This document shows, piece after piece, positions 21,562 through 30,424 of a DNA stretch of 64,000 bases. The translations under genes were made by a program, and so were the position numbers. This stretch comes from Candidatus Freyarchaeum deiterrae. GTDB taxonomy: Archaea > Asgardarchaeota > Jordiarchaeia > Jordiarchaeales > Jordiarchaeaceae. Each line of letters starts with the position of its first letter. Positions within the stretch are counted from its first letter, which is position 1. Below the pieces are notes generated by a model that was given only the letters and a program-made list of their open reading frames with translations, had not been told where the DNA came from and ran no database searches. The DNA is taken from positions 2,016,001-2,080,000 of the forward strand of contig CP147778.1 of NCBI GenBank assembly GCA_037305845.1, in the 5' to 3' direction.

Positions 21562-22410
21562 TTACATGCCCATAACGGCTTTCCTAATTAATTCATAAAG
21601 CTTCATACGGTTCATAGGATCTATAGCGACAATACCCTGCGTTTCAGCTTCCAGAATTTGGCTTACTTTCTCCGGAGGCAAAGCGTTAGGTAAGTCTTGT
21701 TTATTAGCGATACTTAAAATATTAGCCTCAGGTTCAACCTCTCTAATTAAACGAACGAAGTACCGTGATTTTACGACGTTTTCCAAGGTGGAGTCTGTTA
21801 CTATAATGATTAGAGATGAGTCCCGAATAAACTTGTCCCACGTTAACTCGAATCTTTCTTGCCCCGCGAGATCCCAGCATATCAAAGATGTGTTTCCGAT
21901 TTTTGCTCCTTTAACACCCTTTATCCCAACCCCAATTGTGGGAATATGGTCTTTGGGGATTTCTTCCTCCCTTAAGAGCTTCAGAATGGTTGTTTTCCCT
22001 ACACCGCTGTAGCCTATCAGAGATATCTTTAGATATGTTATAGTTATGTCGTCGACAAGGGGTTCGAATGTTTGGAAATGTGAAGAATCACCTTTCCATT
22101 GTGGTATCTCCTTTTGAAAGTTTTTTAAGAAGGTGTCTTTTAGTGATTGTAGTTTTTCTTTCATTTCTTGTATTGTGTCACGTTTATCTGCTTCTAGAGT
22201 GAATACGATTCCATCTGAGTTGGAGTAGTATATTCTCGTGTTTTTCAGGTTCATAAATTCTATGTTTCCGTTTAGTCCCAGTTTTGGCACGAGTATTGCT
22301 AAGGCACTTACGAATATAGTTAGAATATCTGCTGCTATGTTAGTTTGTCCGTATCTTTTATGGAACATGGGATCTCCATTGGAATTTAGAATAGACACCT
22401 CTCTAATCAT
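21562..22410 (-). CDS. Longin domain-small GTPase (Arf-related) fusion
   Basis: N-terminal longin pattern (IREVSILNSNGDPMFHKRY...IVFTLEAD); G1 GYSGVGKT, G2 PTIG, G3 WDLAGQ, G4 NKQD. Confidence 0.88.
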   Translation of the reverse strand: MIREVSILNSNGDPMFHKRYGQTNIAADILTIFVSALAILVPKLGLNGNIEFMNLKNTRIYYSNSDGIVFTLEADKRDTIQEMKEKLQSLKDTFLKNFQKEIPQWKGDSSHFQTFEPLVDDITITYLKISLIGYSGVGKTTILKLLREEEIPKDHIPTIGVGIKGVKGAKIGNTSLICWDLAGQERFELTWDKFIRDSSLIIIVTDSTLENVVKSRYFVRLIREVEPEANILSIANKQDLPNALPPEKVSQILEAETQGIVAIDPMNRMKLYELIRKAVMGM

Positions 22411-22424
22411 TTCCTTTTTTTCCT

Positions 22425-23501
22425 CTACATTGGGTAACTATCTCTTAGAGCTTTTAAATGCCATAATAACATTCTGGGAGGCTTAACCTGATCGTTATAC
22501 TGTTGACCTATCTGTTCCACTAGGTATTCCGGGAAGAATGTCATGATCTTGACATCAGTTTTCAGTGCTACATGCGACTTTTTCTCGACTTTGACATCCA
22601 TCGTGAAGCCTGCCTTATCGAAGGCATCCAGAATACTGTCTACCACTGATTTCTTTTTATCAAGTAATTTGTGAATCTCACCTTTGGGAAGAATGTTCTC
22701 TCTAAGTGCAACTAAGACATCGTAAGCGTCTGGATCCGCAAGTATCTTGGTTATTGTTTCTGTATCCTCAGGCGAAACAACATAGTCCCTAAAAAAGTTT
22801 TTAACTTCATCTAGATAATCAGAAGCAACCTCAGGACCCAGCTCTCCTGATTTAGCCTTTTTCACTATTCCTCTAGCGGGAACTCTAGCTATAAAAACAT
22901 CCCTTATTAGAAAGACGCATTGACTAGGTAGTCCTTCAACCCATTGTGTGGTGACAAGACCATTCTTGATAAGAGGCGCTAGGAACGAGTAGAGCTCTAT
23001 CGCTTTGACGTCTAGCTTGTGTTTCAGCCAGATTTCCAGATCTGACATAGTTGTGTTTCCTTCCTCTATTAATCGTTCGATTATATTCAATCTAACAGGA
23101 TCCGATAGAATCACAGACATTTTTTGTTCTTCACTCAGAGTTGGGAATCTGGTCAGTTTATTATACAAATCTTCTAATTCTGCCTTGTACGCCTCATTCT
23201 CTAACTTTGAGAATATGTGAGCTGCTATCTCAGCCAATCCGTCTTCATAATCATCCGCGTTCTCTTCCAATGTGAGAAGAAGCGCGACATAGTAGTTTAG
23301 TTCCCATCCTCCGTAATACGATGCGACGTTCAAGTTTCCGAGTCTCATTGACATAAATCCTGCGGCAGCCTCACCCATAGCGTGGGCTGTGTATATTTTC
23401 ATTATCTGGTCATCTGTTGTTCGTATGTGTTCAGGAAATCTCGCTTCTAGAACTGCTCCGAGACGGTTGTCCCATTTTACAACTATAATTCCGAAAGGCA
23501 T
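22425..23501 (-). CDS. Longin/uDENN-like N-terminal domain plus two winged-helix domains
   Basis: GIIVVKWDNRLGAVLEARFP start typical of uDENN/longin folds; two repeats of an LS/ADP..I..L...L...G winged-helix pattern. Confidence 0.7.
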   Translation of the reverse strand: MPFGIIVVKWDNRLGAVLEARFPEHIRTTDDQIMKIYTAHAMGEAAAGFMSMRLGNLNVASYYGGWELNYYVALLLTLEENADDYEDGLAEIAAHIFSKLENEAYKAELEDLYNKLTRFPTLSEEQKMSVILSDPVRLNIIERLIEEGNTTMSDLEIWLKHKLDVKAIELYSFLAPLIKNGLVTTQWVEGLPSQCVFLIRDVFIARVPARGIVKKAKSGELGPEVASDYLDEVKNFFRDYVVSPEDTETITKILADPDAYDVLVALRENILPKGEIHKLLDKKKSVVDSILDAFDKAGFTMDVKVEKKSHVALKTDVKIMTFFPEYLVEQIGQQYNDQVKPPRMLLWHLKALRDSYPM

Positions 23502-23797
23502 AATCAAACATCCTCTCTAGAGTTTTTTACATTAAGATTATTATGGTTACCTTTACGTATTTAAAATTTTAATACTTTTCTAAGCGTTTTGTACTAATCT
23601 CTTATTTTCATATGATTCGCTTTCCCGCAAAAGGTGGTAAAAAATTTGCGAAGTTTGTCTAATAATTTTTAGGGTAATGAGAATATAAGAACTTTTTCGT
23701 GCTTTTAAGTTGAATTTCAACAGAGTTCAGATGCATAGAGAGAAATAAAAACGATAACACAGTTCGCTATAACACATCTATAATCATTAATCAAAAA

Positions 23798-24436
23798 TCA
23801 ATTTACTGAGCTTTTTTCTTCTCTAATATACTCTTTTGCCAGATTATAATCCGCTTCATCTACATATCCCAAATTCCGAAGTATTTCCAGAAGTTGACTA
23901 ATAGAAACAACTGTGTGCAATTCAATTCTCTCCCTGTCTAAATTTTCTCTGCCACCTTGTTCCCTATCTAGCAACGCGACAGCATGTTTCACTATTCCTC
24001 CACTCTCCCGTATCGCCCCAGCAGCACTAATTAGACTTTTCCCCGAGGTAACCAAATCATCCACAAGCACTACATTATCATTAGGATTCAGAACTCCCTC
24101 AATCATTCGGGCTTTTCCGTGAGGTTTAGGTTCCTTTCTTACGTAAATCAATGGCAAACGAAGTTTATGACTAGTAAGAGTAGCTATAGGCAAACCAGCA
24201 GTCGGAACACCCGCAATCTTGTCTACTTCTGAAATTTCTTTCTGAATTATTCTGGCATAGATTTCGCATAACTTGTCGAAAATATCAGGGTACGAAATAA
24301 AAAGCCGCATATCAATATAGAAGGGCGATTTTTTACCAGAGGTTAGCAAGAATTCGCCGAATTTTAGAGCATCTGTCTGCTTAATAAACTCGCTAGCCAT
24401 CTTCATATACTTCTGCTTCTGTTTTTCCCAGGACAA
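23798..24436 (-). CDS. pyrE: Orotate phosphoribosyltransferase
   Basis: GEFLLTSGKKSPFYID, RKEPKPHG, LVDDLVTSG, DREQGG. Confidence 0.96.
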   Translation of the reverse strand: MSWEKQKQKYMKMASEFIKQTDALKFGEFLLTSGKKSPFYIDMRLFISYPDIFDKLCEIYARIIQKEISEVDKIAGVPTAGLPIATLTSHKLRLPLIYVRKEPKPHGKARMIEGVLNPNDNVVLVDDLVTSGKSLISAAGAIRESGGIVKHAVALLDREQGGRENLDRERIELHTVVSISQLLEILRNLGYVDEADYNLAKEYIREEKSSVN

Positions 24437-24638
24437 ATTACTAGCTCCTTATACTTTATTATTGAGAGAAAGATAAGAAATTATTTAATATTTTCTAAGC
24501 CACAAAATTATAGGTTAAATTTTTAGATACATGATATCTGTGTAGAGATGTTAATCAAAATAAAATGGGTTAATATATTGAAAATTGGATATTAAAACGT
24601 AAAAGGTTATTCATTGTTACGGTCTGGGAATTGAATGC

Positions 24639-25229
24639 TTGGAGGCAATATTCTTGAGCAAAAAGAGCCAGAAGAGAGAAGCAATTGTGACTTTAGTTTG
24701 GATCATAGTAATCGCTGGTCTACTATTGGGAGGATTTCAATTGTTAAGAGTATATCTTAACACGGACGCGCCCTTTAGAATAATCAGCGATCAACCTTCC
24801 AGTATGGCACCAAATATGTACTATGGTGATGTTGGCGTAATACAAAATGTTCCTCCATATCAAATTGGTATCGGCGATGTTATAGTATTTAATGCATACA
24901 ACTGGTATCTTTACAACTACACAATTCCTCCTGCGCCCGTAATGCATAGGGTGATTGATGTGAAGTTTGAAGATGGCCAATTTTGGTACAAAACTTGGGG
25001 TGATAATCGATTAACAAATCCTACTCCTGATCCCGGTTGGACTCCTGACTGGCTGGTTTACGGTAAAGTTATACTAACGTTGCCCCGTATAGGTTTGGTT
25101 TCAATCTGGTTCAATGAAGGAGGCTACATTCTTGTAGTAGTTATTCTCGCTATTTTCGCAGTGGTTTACGGTATATGGGAGTCAGAAAAAGAAGTACCAC
25201 TTTCGGATCAGTCTGACAAGTCAGATTGA
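24639..25229 (+). CDS. sec11: Signal peptidase I, archaeal/ER type (S26B)
   Basis: N-terminal TM, SSMAP catalytic Ser, HRV catalytic His, TWGDN, C-terminal TM. Confidence 0.88.
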   Translation: MEAIFLSKKSQKREAIVTLVWIIVIAGLLLGGFQLLRVYLNTDAPFRIISDQPSSMAPNMYYGDVGVIQNVPPYQIGIGDVIVFNAYNWYLYNYTIPPAPVMHRVIDVKFEDGQFWYKTWGDNRLTNPTPDPGWTPDWLVYGKVILTLPRIGLVSIWFNEGGYILVVVILAIFAVVYGIWESEKEVPLSDQSDKSD

Positions 25230-25576
25230 GCAAAAATATTTTTATTAATTTTATTTTATTCCTAATTATATTTAAAATATATAATACATGATTTTATTTA
25301 TTATTTATTTTTAATTCATATATTTAATTAACAGTATTTTATTTATTATTAACATAATTATTCTCTTAACTACTTTTCATGTGTTAAAAATAACAATTTA
25401 CTTTTAAGAGATATTGCATATATGCAAGTTTTAGTTAAACATAATATTAAATAGTTATTATAAATCTTGTTTTTTTTCACTTATAAGTTAATAAAAAGCT
25501 TTAAAAATGGGTATGATAATATCTTTCGGTAGCTAAAAGAGGGAATTGACCTAATTGAGAGCGAGGTGAACCCCAA

Positions 25577-26284
25577 ATGGTCAAGATCTCGCACTTAAAA
25601 CAGATGTGGATTTTTCTAACAGTTGGTTTAATTATACAGTTCTTCGGAATATTCTTAGCTGGTAGAATCGCTTACGTGCCAGTTGCTGGGTCAGTCCTGT
25701 CTATTATCGGTCTAAGCTATACCTTCAAAAAAGCAAGTTTTTACGCTTTCATTGATTTACTAATATACGGCTTAATAACGCTGGTAATAGCAGTTGCCAT
25801 AGGCATCGTATGGTGGAATATATTTCTCACAATACCTAGCATCAGCGCGGCAGCTATGGCGTGTTACATCTCTATATCCTCCAAGTTTGAAGGAAAACCT
25901 GTAACAACCACCTATAATCCCAAAGAACAATTACTGTATCAGTTTACTCGATTTCAATTATATAAATTAGCAAAACAAAATGATATATCACCGGTCTCTA
26001 TGAAATGGAGAAAAGAAAAAATCGTAAAAACTATTTCCAGTAATTTGAATTTAAAGAGAATTGAACTTCAGGCCCTAACAACACTCAACTTAGCAAACGA
26101 AGAAGAAGAAAAAAAAGAGGTTAAAGGAGCCCATGTAACCCCAACAATAGGGGGAGCACTGTTAACTATTAGTTCATACATGACCCTTGCGGCAATAGCT
26201 TCACTCATACCTATGGCTTTTCTTGGAGGCGCCATGCTTATCGAAGGAATAATGGCGCACGCAGGTTTAATTCGCTCCATTTAA
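25577..26284 (+). CDS. Multi-pass membrane protein with internal HeH/Rho-N-like domain
   Basis: 3-4 N-terminal hydrophobic segments; FTRFQLYKLAKQNDISPVSMKWRKEKIVKTI; hydrophobic C-terminus; GAGGTG upstream. Confidence 0.7.
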   Translation: MVKISHLKQMWIFLTVGLIIQFFGIFLAGRIAYVPVAGSVLSIIGLSYTFKKASFYAFIDLLIYGLITLVIAVAIGIVWWNIFLTIPSISAAAMACYISISSKFEGKPVTTTYNPKEQLLYQFTRFQLYKLAKQNDISPVSMKWRKEKIVKTISSNLNLKRIELQALTTLNLANEEEEKKEVKGAHVTPTIGGALLTISSYMTLAAIASLIPMAFLGGAMLIEGIMAHAGLIRSI

Positions 26285-26342
26285 AAAAAGTTATTAGACA
26301 AAAGAAACTAAGGCTCAGTTACAACTTGAAGGTTGAAAAATC

Positions 26343-26543
26343 ATGTTCATTGAACCATGGACTTTGAACCCTAATCTAGGATACTTACTATTCTTACTCG
26401 GAATTATAGCCCTTATCTGGCTGGTCTTAACAGTAGAATATAGCCCCAGATATTCCAAATTTCAAATTGCTGTAGCAATTATTTTACTATCCTTCTTTTT
26501 CGCATTCGGAATACAAATTATACTTATTTCATCTGGATTATAA
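26343..26543 (+). CDS. Two-TM microprotein, OST5/TMEM258-like
   Basis: 66 aa, two TM helices, S-x-F-x-x-FG...GL C-terminal signature as in TMEM258/Ost5. Confidence 0.65.
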   Translation: MFIEPWTLNPNLGYLLFLLGIIALIWLVLTVEYSPRYSKFQIAVAIILLSFFFAFGIQIILISSGL

Positions 26544-26662
26544 CGTACCCCTACCCCAAGGGTTGGAAATTTGGGGCCCCAATCTTTCTTTAAGTAAACA
26601 ATCAAGATTAATCTTTTTGTTTATTCGAGGAAAACAGCACCGAATTAGTCGTTGATGTTTTT

Positions 26663-27754
26663 CTATGAGTTGGAATTCGTTTTTTTATCTAAAATGCTCT
26701 CTAATTTGTTTTTGAATTCAGAGAGTCCATTTAATGTGTCTTCTTTTGAAGCTATCAAGAAATCTTCGATGTTTGAAATCATTATATTTGTTTCTCTAGA
26801 CTTTGCGGCCTCGCCAGTTGTGATTATTGCCTTAACTATTTTTCTAGGCTTTTCATTTCTTTTCTGGTAGGCTTTTAAAATAGTTTCTTCTATTAAAGCC
26901 ATTTTACCTATACTCTTTATCGCATCATCGTATACCACCAGGTTGTAAGGCGCCAAATGTTTGCACTCAATAATTAGATAATTATCATCCTTTTCTGCAA
27001 TAACGTCAACTTCATGCCTTCCCCCTTCTACCCCATGAACTTCAACACTGAATAATGCATTCCACCCACTCTCCATAAGAGCTTTTGAGGCGTAGCCCTC
27101 TAACATAATTCCTTCCTCCCAAGCGATTAGGAAAACCTCATTTAACTTGTACACTGCAGTTTTAACAAGACGATGATCTTTTCCAAAACAGGGGCTCATT
27201 AGGTCTGATTTATTAGGACTTATAGCATAGCTTCCGCAATCTATACAAAATACTCCATATTCTATAGGTTTTAAAACGTCCTCCCCCATGTTTTCCGCAA
27301 CTTCTGCTACTTCTCTAGCCGCTTGGTAAATCGTCAAGTCTCGTCCATAAAGTTTAGATAGCCCCTGCCGGATGCTTTTAATTACTGCGAGATAATTGTT
27401 TAGAATACGACTGCCCGAGGGTGAAAATTTTTTCATTTCGCTCATTAACTCTTGCTCGGTAAACGATGATTCTAGACTTACTAGTAATCCCGACTCTATC
27501 GGGTACATGGAGAAGTCCTCGGGATTTACCTCTCCCTTTTTTATCAGGGACCTAGGTTCGGCAACTGATATTTGCTTTGGGTTCATAAGAAAGAATATTC
27601 TACATTTTTCGTTTGTAATCATAATTCGGAAAACTTTCTGAAATAATTCTTTTAGTGACTCATTACTGAACTTGGTGATAAGATTCGAAAACTTACCATT
27701 TTCCACTCTTAAAATCTCTTTTTTCTCTGGAAATAAAAACTCAGACAAGGCCAA
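26663..27754 (-). CDS. PD-(D/E)XK restriction-endonuclease-fold protein with putative Zn ribbon
   Basis: C-terminal HEVDVIAEKDDNYLIIECKH; central CIDC...C..H. Confidence 0.75.
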   Translation of the reverse strand: MALSEFLFPEKKEILRVENGKFSNLITKFSNESLKELFQKVFRIMITNEKCRIFFLMNPKQISVAEPRSLIKKGEVNPEDFSMYPIESGLLVSLESSFTEQELMSEMKKFSPSGSRILNNYLAVIKSIRQGLSKLYGRDLTIYQAAREVAEVAENMGEDVLKPIEYGVFCIDCGSYAISPNKSDLMSPCFGKDHRLVKTAVYKLNEVFLIAWEEGIMLEGYASKALMESGWNALFSVEVHGVEGGRHEVDVIAEKDDNYLIIECKHLAPYNLVVYDDAIKSIGKMALIEETILKAYQKRNEKPRKIVKAIITTGEAAKSRETNIMISNIEDFLIASKEDTLNGLSEFKNKLESILDKKTNSNS

Positions 27755-28271
27755 ATCCTCGGTGACAGTACTTGATTTAAGATAACTATGAAAAATATCA
27801 TTGGCGCCTTAAATATATATATCGAGGAATAAGAGTATGATCTCTCCATTATTTTTTTTGTAAACGGCAAATATTGCTCAATACATTCCTTCTTTACTTT
27901 TCTTATTTTTCTCTCAATAGCTTTTGTAAGGGTGTATTCTTTTATATTATTGGGTAATTTGAAAACTCCCTTGTTATTTCTCAAAAAATAAAGCGTATAG
28001 CGTTTGATGGCAAATGGCGGGAGTGCAAGATAAATAATTAGTTATCGAAAAGTTGAGGCGCGTTTTATAAGTAATTTATTAATACTTTTTCTGATTTTTA
28101 AATTACGTACTAAATATATATTATACTTGAAATTAATTTTTGTAGCATTAGCACGAAATCCTTTAATATGTAAATTTCTCTTTTATTACTAAAGTGAGAA
28201 TCATATTTTTGGAAAGCCTTATCCGAGAATTAAAAATTATTTAAATTTCCAATAATAAGTGGTGAAGTAAT

Positions 28272-29525
28272 ATGCATTGGCTCCGCAGAACCAAAGATGC
28301 TAGCAGAGGGGTTAGGGACGAATTCGAAATTACCTATAAAGATTTGAGTGAGAGAGCTAGTAGACTGCCCGATGATAAACCGGCTGAGTTGGCAAAGATT
28401 TTCAATTGCCCAATTAGTTTATGTAAAGTTGCTTATCTACTAGAACTAGATGGTGTTATGCGTGCCGAAAAGGCATTAGAACTAATTTTATGGGAATACG
28501 ATAGAAGAAAACAGATAGGTAACCCCGTTGTACCAGTAGTATCCTATGAATATGACTTCGCTGCACAAGAAGGCAGATGGATAGAATACCTCTACAGCGA
28601 CATATTTAGGAAATTACAAAACACTAGGGAGCTCTATAATTTAGAAAAGGTTATAGAAGGAGAGACCAGTATCCCGGTTGAGAACGTAATGTACATTTTA
28701 CAAGAGAGAAGAAAGCTCGCGGAGACTTACCTGGTACCTGTAATAATGAAATGGAAAAAAACACACGAAGCATCTAATAATAATGATGCAGCTATTAATT
28801 TCTGCGCTGCAGCCCTTAAATGCACCCACTCGGAGGCAATTCTTGCTTTACAGCAAGCAAAAAGAAGGTTAATAAGAGTACTCAGAAAATTTTCAGAATC
28901 CTTTGAGCATTCTCCGGATAAAAGCCTTTTCGATGCTGATGCTAAACTTCAACAGCCTTCACTAAGCAGAGTAAAGAAATCTGAGGAAGTTGTTAGCCCC
29001 TTAGAAAAAATTTACGAACTTATAGATGATTTGGAAAAGTCTTTACCGGCAATGTCTACATACGCAGTTGCTGAGATAATTTTGGAAGTTACTCCCAAAC
29101 CCATCGGTGTGGAGTCGACAGTTGGAGTTTCAGACTATCTGATTGTGACCCCTCCCATAATGCGAGACGGTATGGTGGGTCCTGATCTCAAAGAGCCAAG
29201 TGATTTTCTAGAAAGAGATATTGTTTTTGCGAAGAGAAGAGTATTAGCGGTCAGAGACAACTACTTACGAGAGCGGGTAAGAAAAGTGCATAAGGCGTTA
29301 CTAAATAAGGGTCAAGGAATAGAGGAAAGTGGCGCCTGGATTTTGTATAAAGTAGCTCAAGACTTTAATCTGCCTCCAATATCAGCTGAAGATGCTTTAA
29401 AATACGTAAAGAAGGAACTGGAAAACAAGGAGGGAGACCTCTCCGAATTGGTAGAGAAAATAATTACCGATTACCTGTGGGATAAAATAGTTTTGCCAAT
29501 ACAAATACAGGAGAAGGAGCAATAA
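28272..29525 (+). CDS. Hypothetical alpha-helical protein
   Basis: 417-aa ORF with GGTGA upstream; no family recognised. Confidence 0.8.
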   Translation: MHWLRRTKDASRGVRDEFEITYKDLSERASRLPDDKPAELAKIFNCPISLCKVAYLLELDGVMRAEKALELILWEYDRRKQIGNPVVPVVSYEYDFAAQEGRWIEYLYSDIFRKLQNTRELYNLEKVIEGETSIPVENVMYILQERRKLAETYLVPVIMKWKKTHEASNNNDAAINFCAAALKCTHSEAILALQQAKRRLIRVLRKFSESFEHSPDKSLFDADAKLQQPSLSRVKKSEEVVSPLEKIYELIDDLEKSLPAMSTYAVAEIILEVTPKPIGVESTVGVSDYLIVTPPIMRDGMVGPDLKEPSDFLERDIVFAKRRVLAVRDNYLRERVRKVHKALLNKGQGIEESGAWILYKVAQDFNLPPISAEDALKYVKKELENKEGDLSELVEKIITDYLWDKIVLPIQIQEKEQ

Positions 29526-29526
29526 T

Positions 29527-30294
29527 TTGGAAGAACATGTGTTATTCTGGCTCATGGATATGGAGATTCCAGATTTGAACTTTGAATTTGGGAGAGCGAA
29601 TTTTCAGGGCAATGTACTAATAACCTCAAGACAGCTCTGGTCTCTGCTGAAGGACTCCACAGTAAGATCCTGCCTTATAGGGCCTGGAATAGTTTTAGGT
29701 GATGCTGAGGTTTTAGGTAAACCGGTGCGTGTGGAAGAGCGGATAGGAATAATAATCTTCGACCCCACAGAAATGAGATTGGATAATCCAACTCCACTTG
29801 TTAATATAATAAGCCCCGAAGTGTTTGATCCTTTGGAATCCTCAAACAGTAAAGAGATAGAAAGAATAATAGAGAATATCTCAGTTCAAAAAGGGAAAAT
29901 ACTAGTCCCAGAGGAGTTAACCAAGGTTAAACACCGAGCAGCTATACCCATCACTATGGGGCGTGAAATAAGTCTCATCAAAGCAAAAGTAAACCTCGTT
30001 ACTGGTGTAGACAAAGCGAGGTTTGTTCTTGGAGGAAAGGAGAGAGCAATATACGGTCCCCTCGCAAAAGGACTAAAAGAACATAAATTTCACGAATATG
30101 AACGTGCTAAGATTCTTAAAGCCGATGCTCGAAAATTCGAGAAATTTAGTAGAAAAAACATAGAACCAGACTGGACCATCATAGAACAGTACCCAAAAAT
30201 CTCATCAAAAAGCGATGCTTTCGACCAGTTCCTAAAAGAATACCAAACAGTACTCGATACGTTGTACAAACACCCAGAATCGTTCATATACTAG
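29527..30294 (+). CDS. Hypothetical protein (weak RAMP-like motifs)
   Basis: 255-aa ORF starting 1 nt after the previous stop; function unassigned. Confidence 0.75.
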   Translation: MEEHVLFWLMDMEIPDLNFEFGRANFQGNVLITSRQLWSLLKDSTVRSCLIGPGIVLGDAEVLGKPVRVEERIGIIIFDPTEMRLDNPTPLVNIISPEVFDPLESSNSKEIERIIENISVQKGKILVPEELTKVKHRAAIPITMGREISLIKAKVNLVTGVDKARFVLGGKERAIYGPLAKGLKEHKFHEYERAKILKADARKFEKFSRKNIEPDWTIIEQYPKISSKSDAFDQFLKEYQTVLDTLYKHPESFIY

Positions 30295-30424
30295 TTTCTC
30301 AAGCAAAAAAAGAATCCTAGTTCATTATGTATAAGATAATTTTCTAGCTAAACCTTTCCTGAATAGAAACTTTTTTTACTTCGAAGAACACGATTAAACA
30401 AAACGAATTTACGAGGAAGACTAA

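Noticed and set aside
25235-25500. Replication origin call
   Set aside because: No ORB/G-string repeats or cdc6/orc1/whiP gene seen; kept only as an AT-rich observation
27709-27984. 91-aa minus-strand ORF in AT-rich spacer
   Set aside because: Non-ATG start, low-complexity composition, overlaps the nuclease start out of frame
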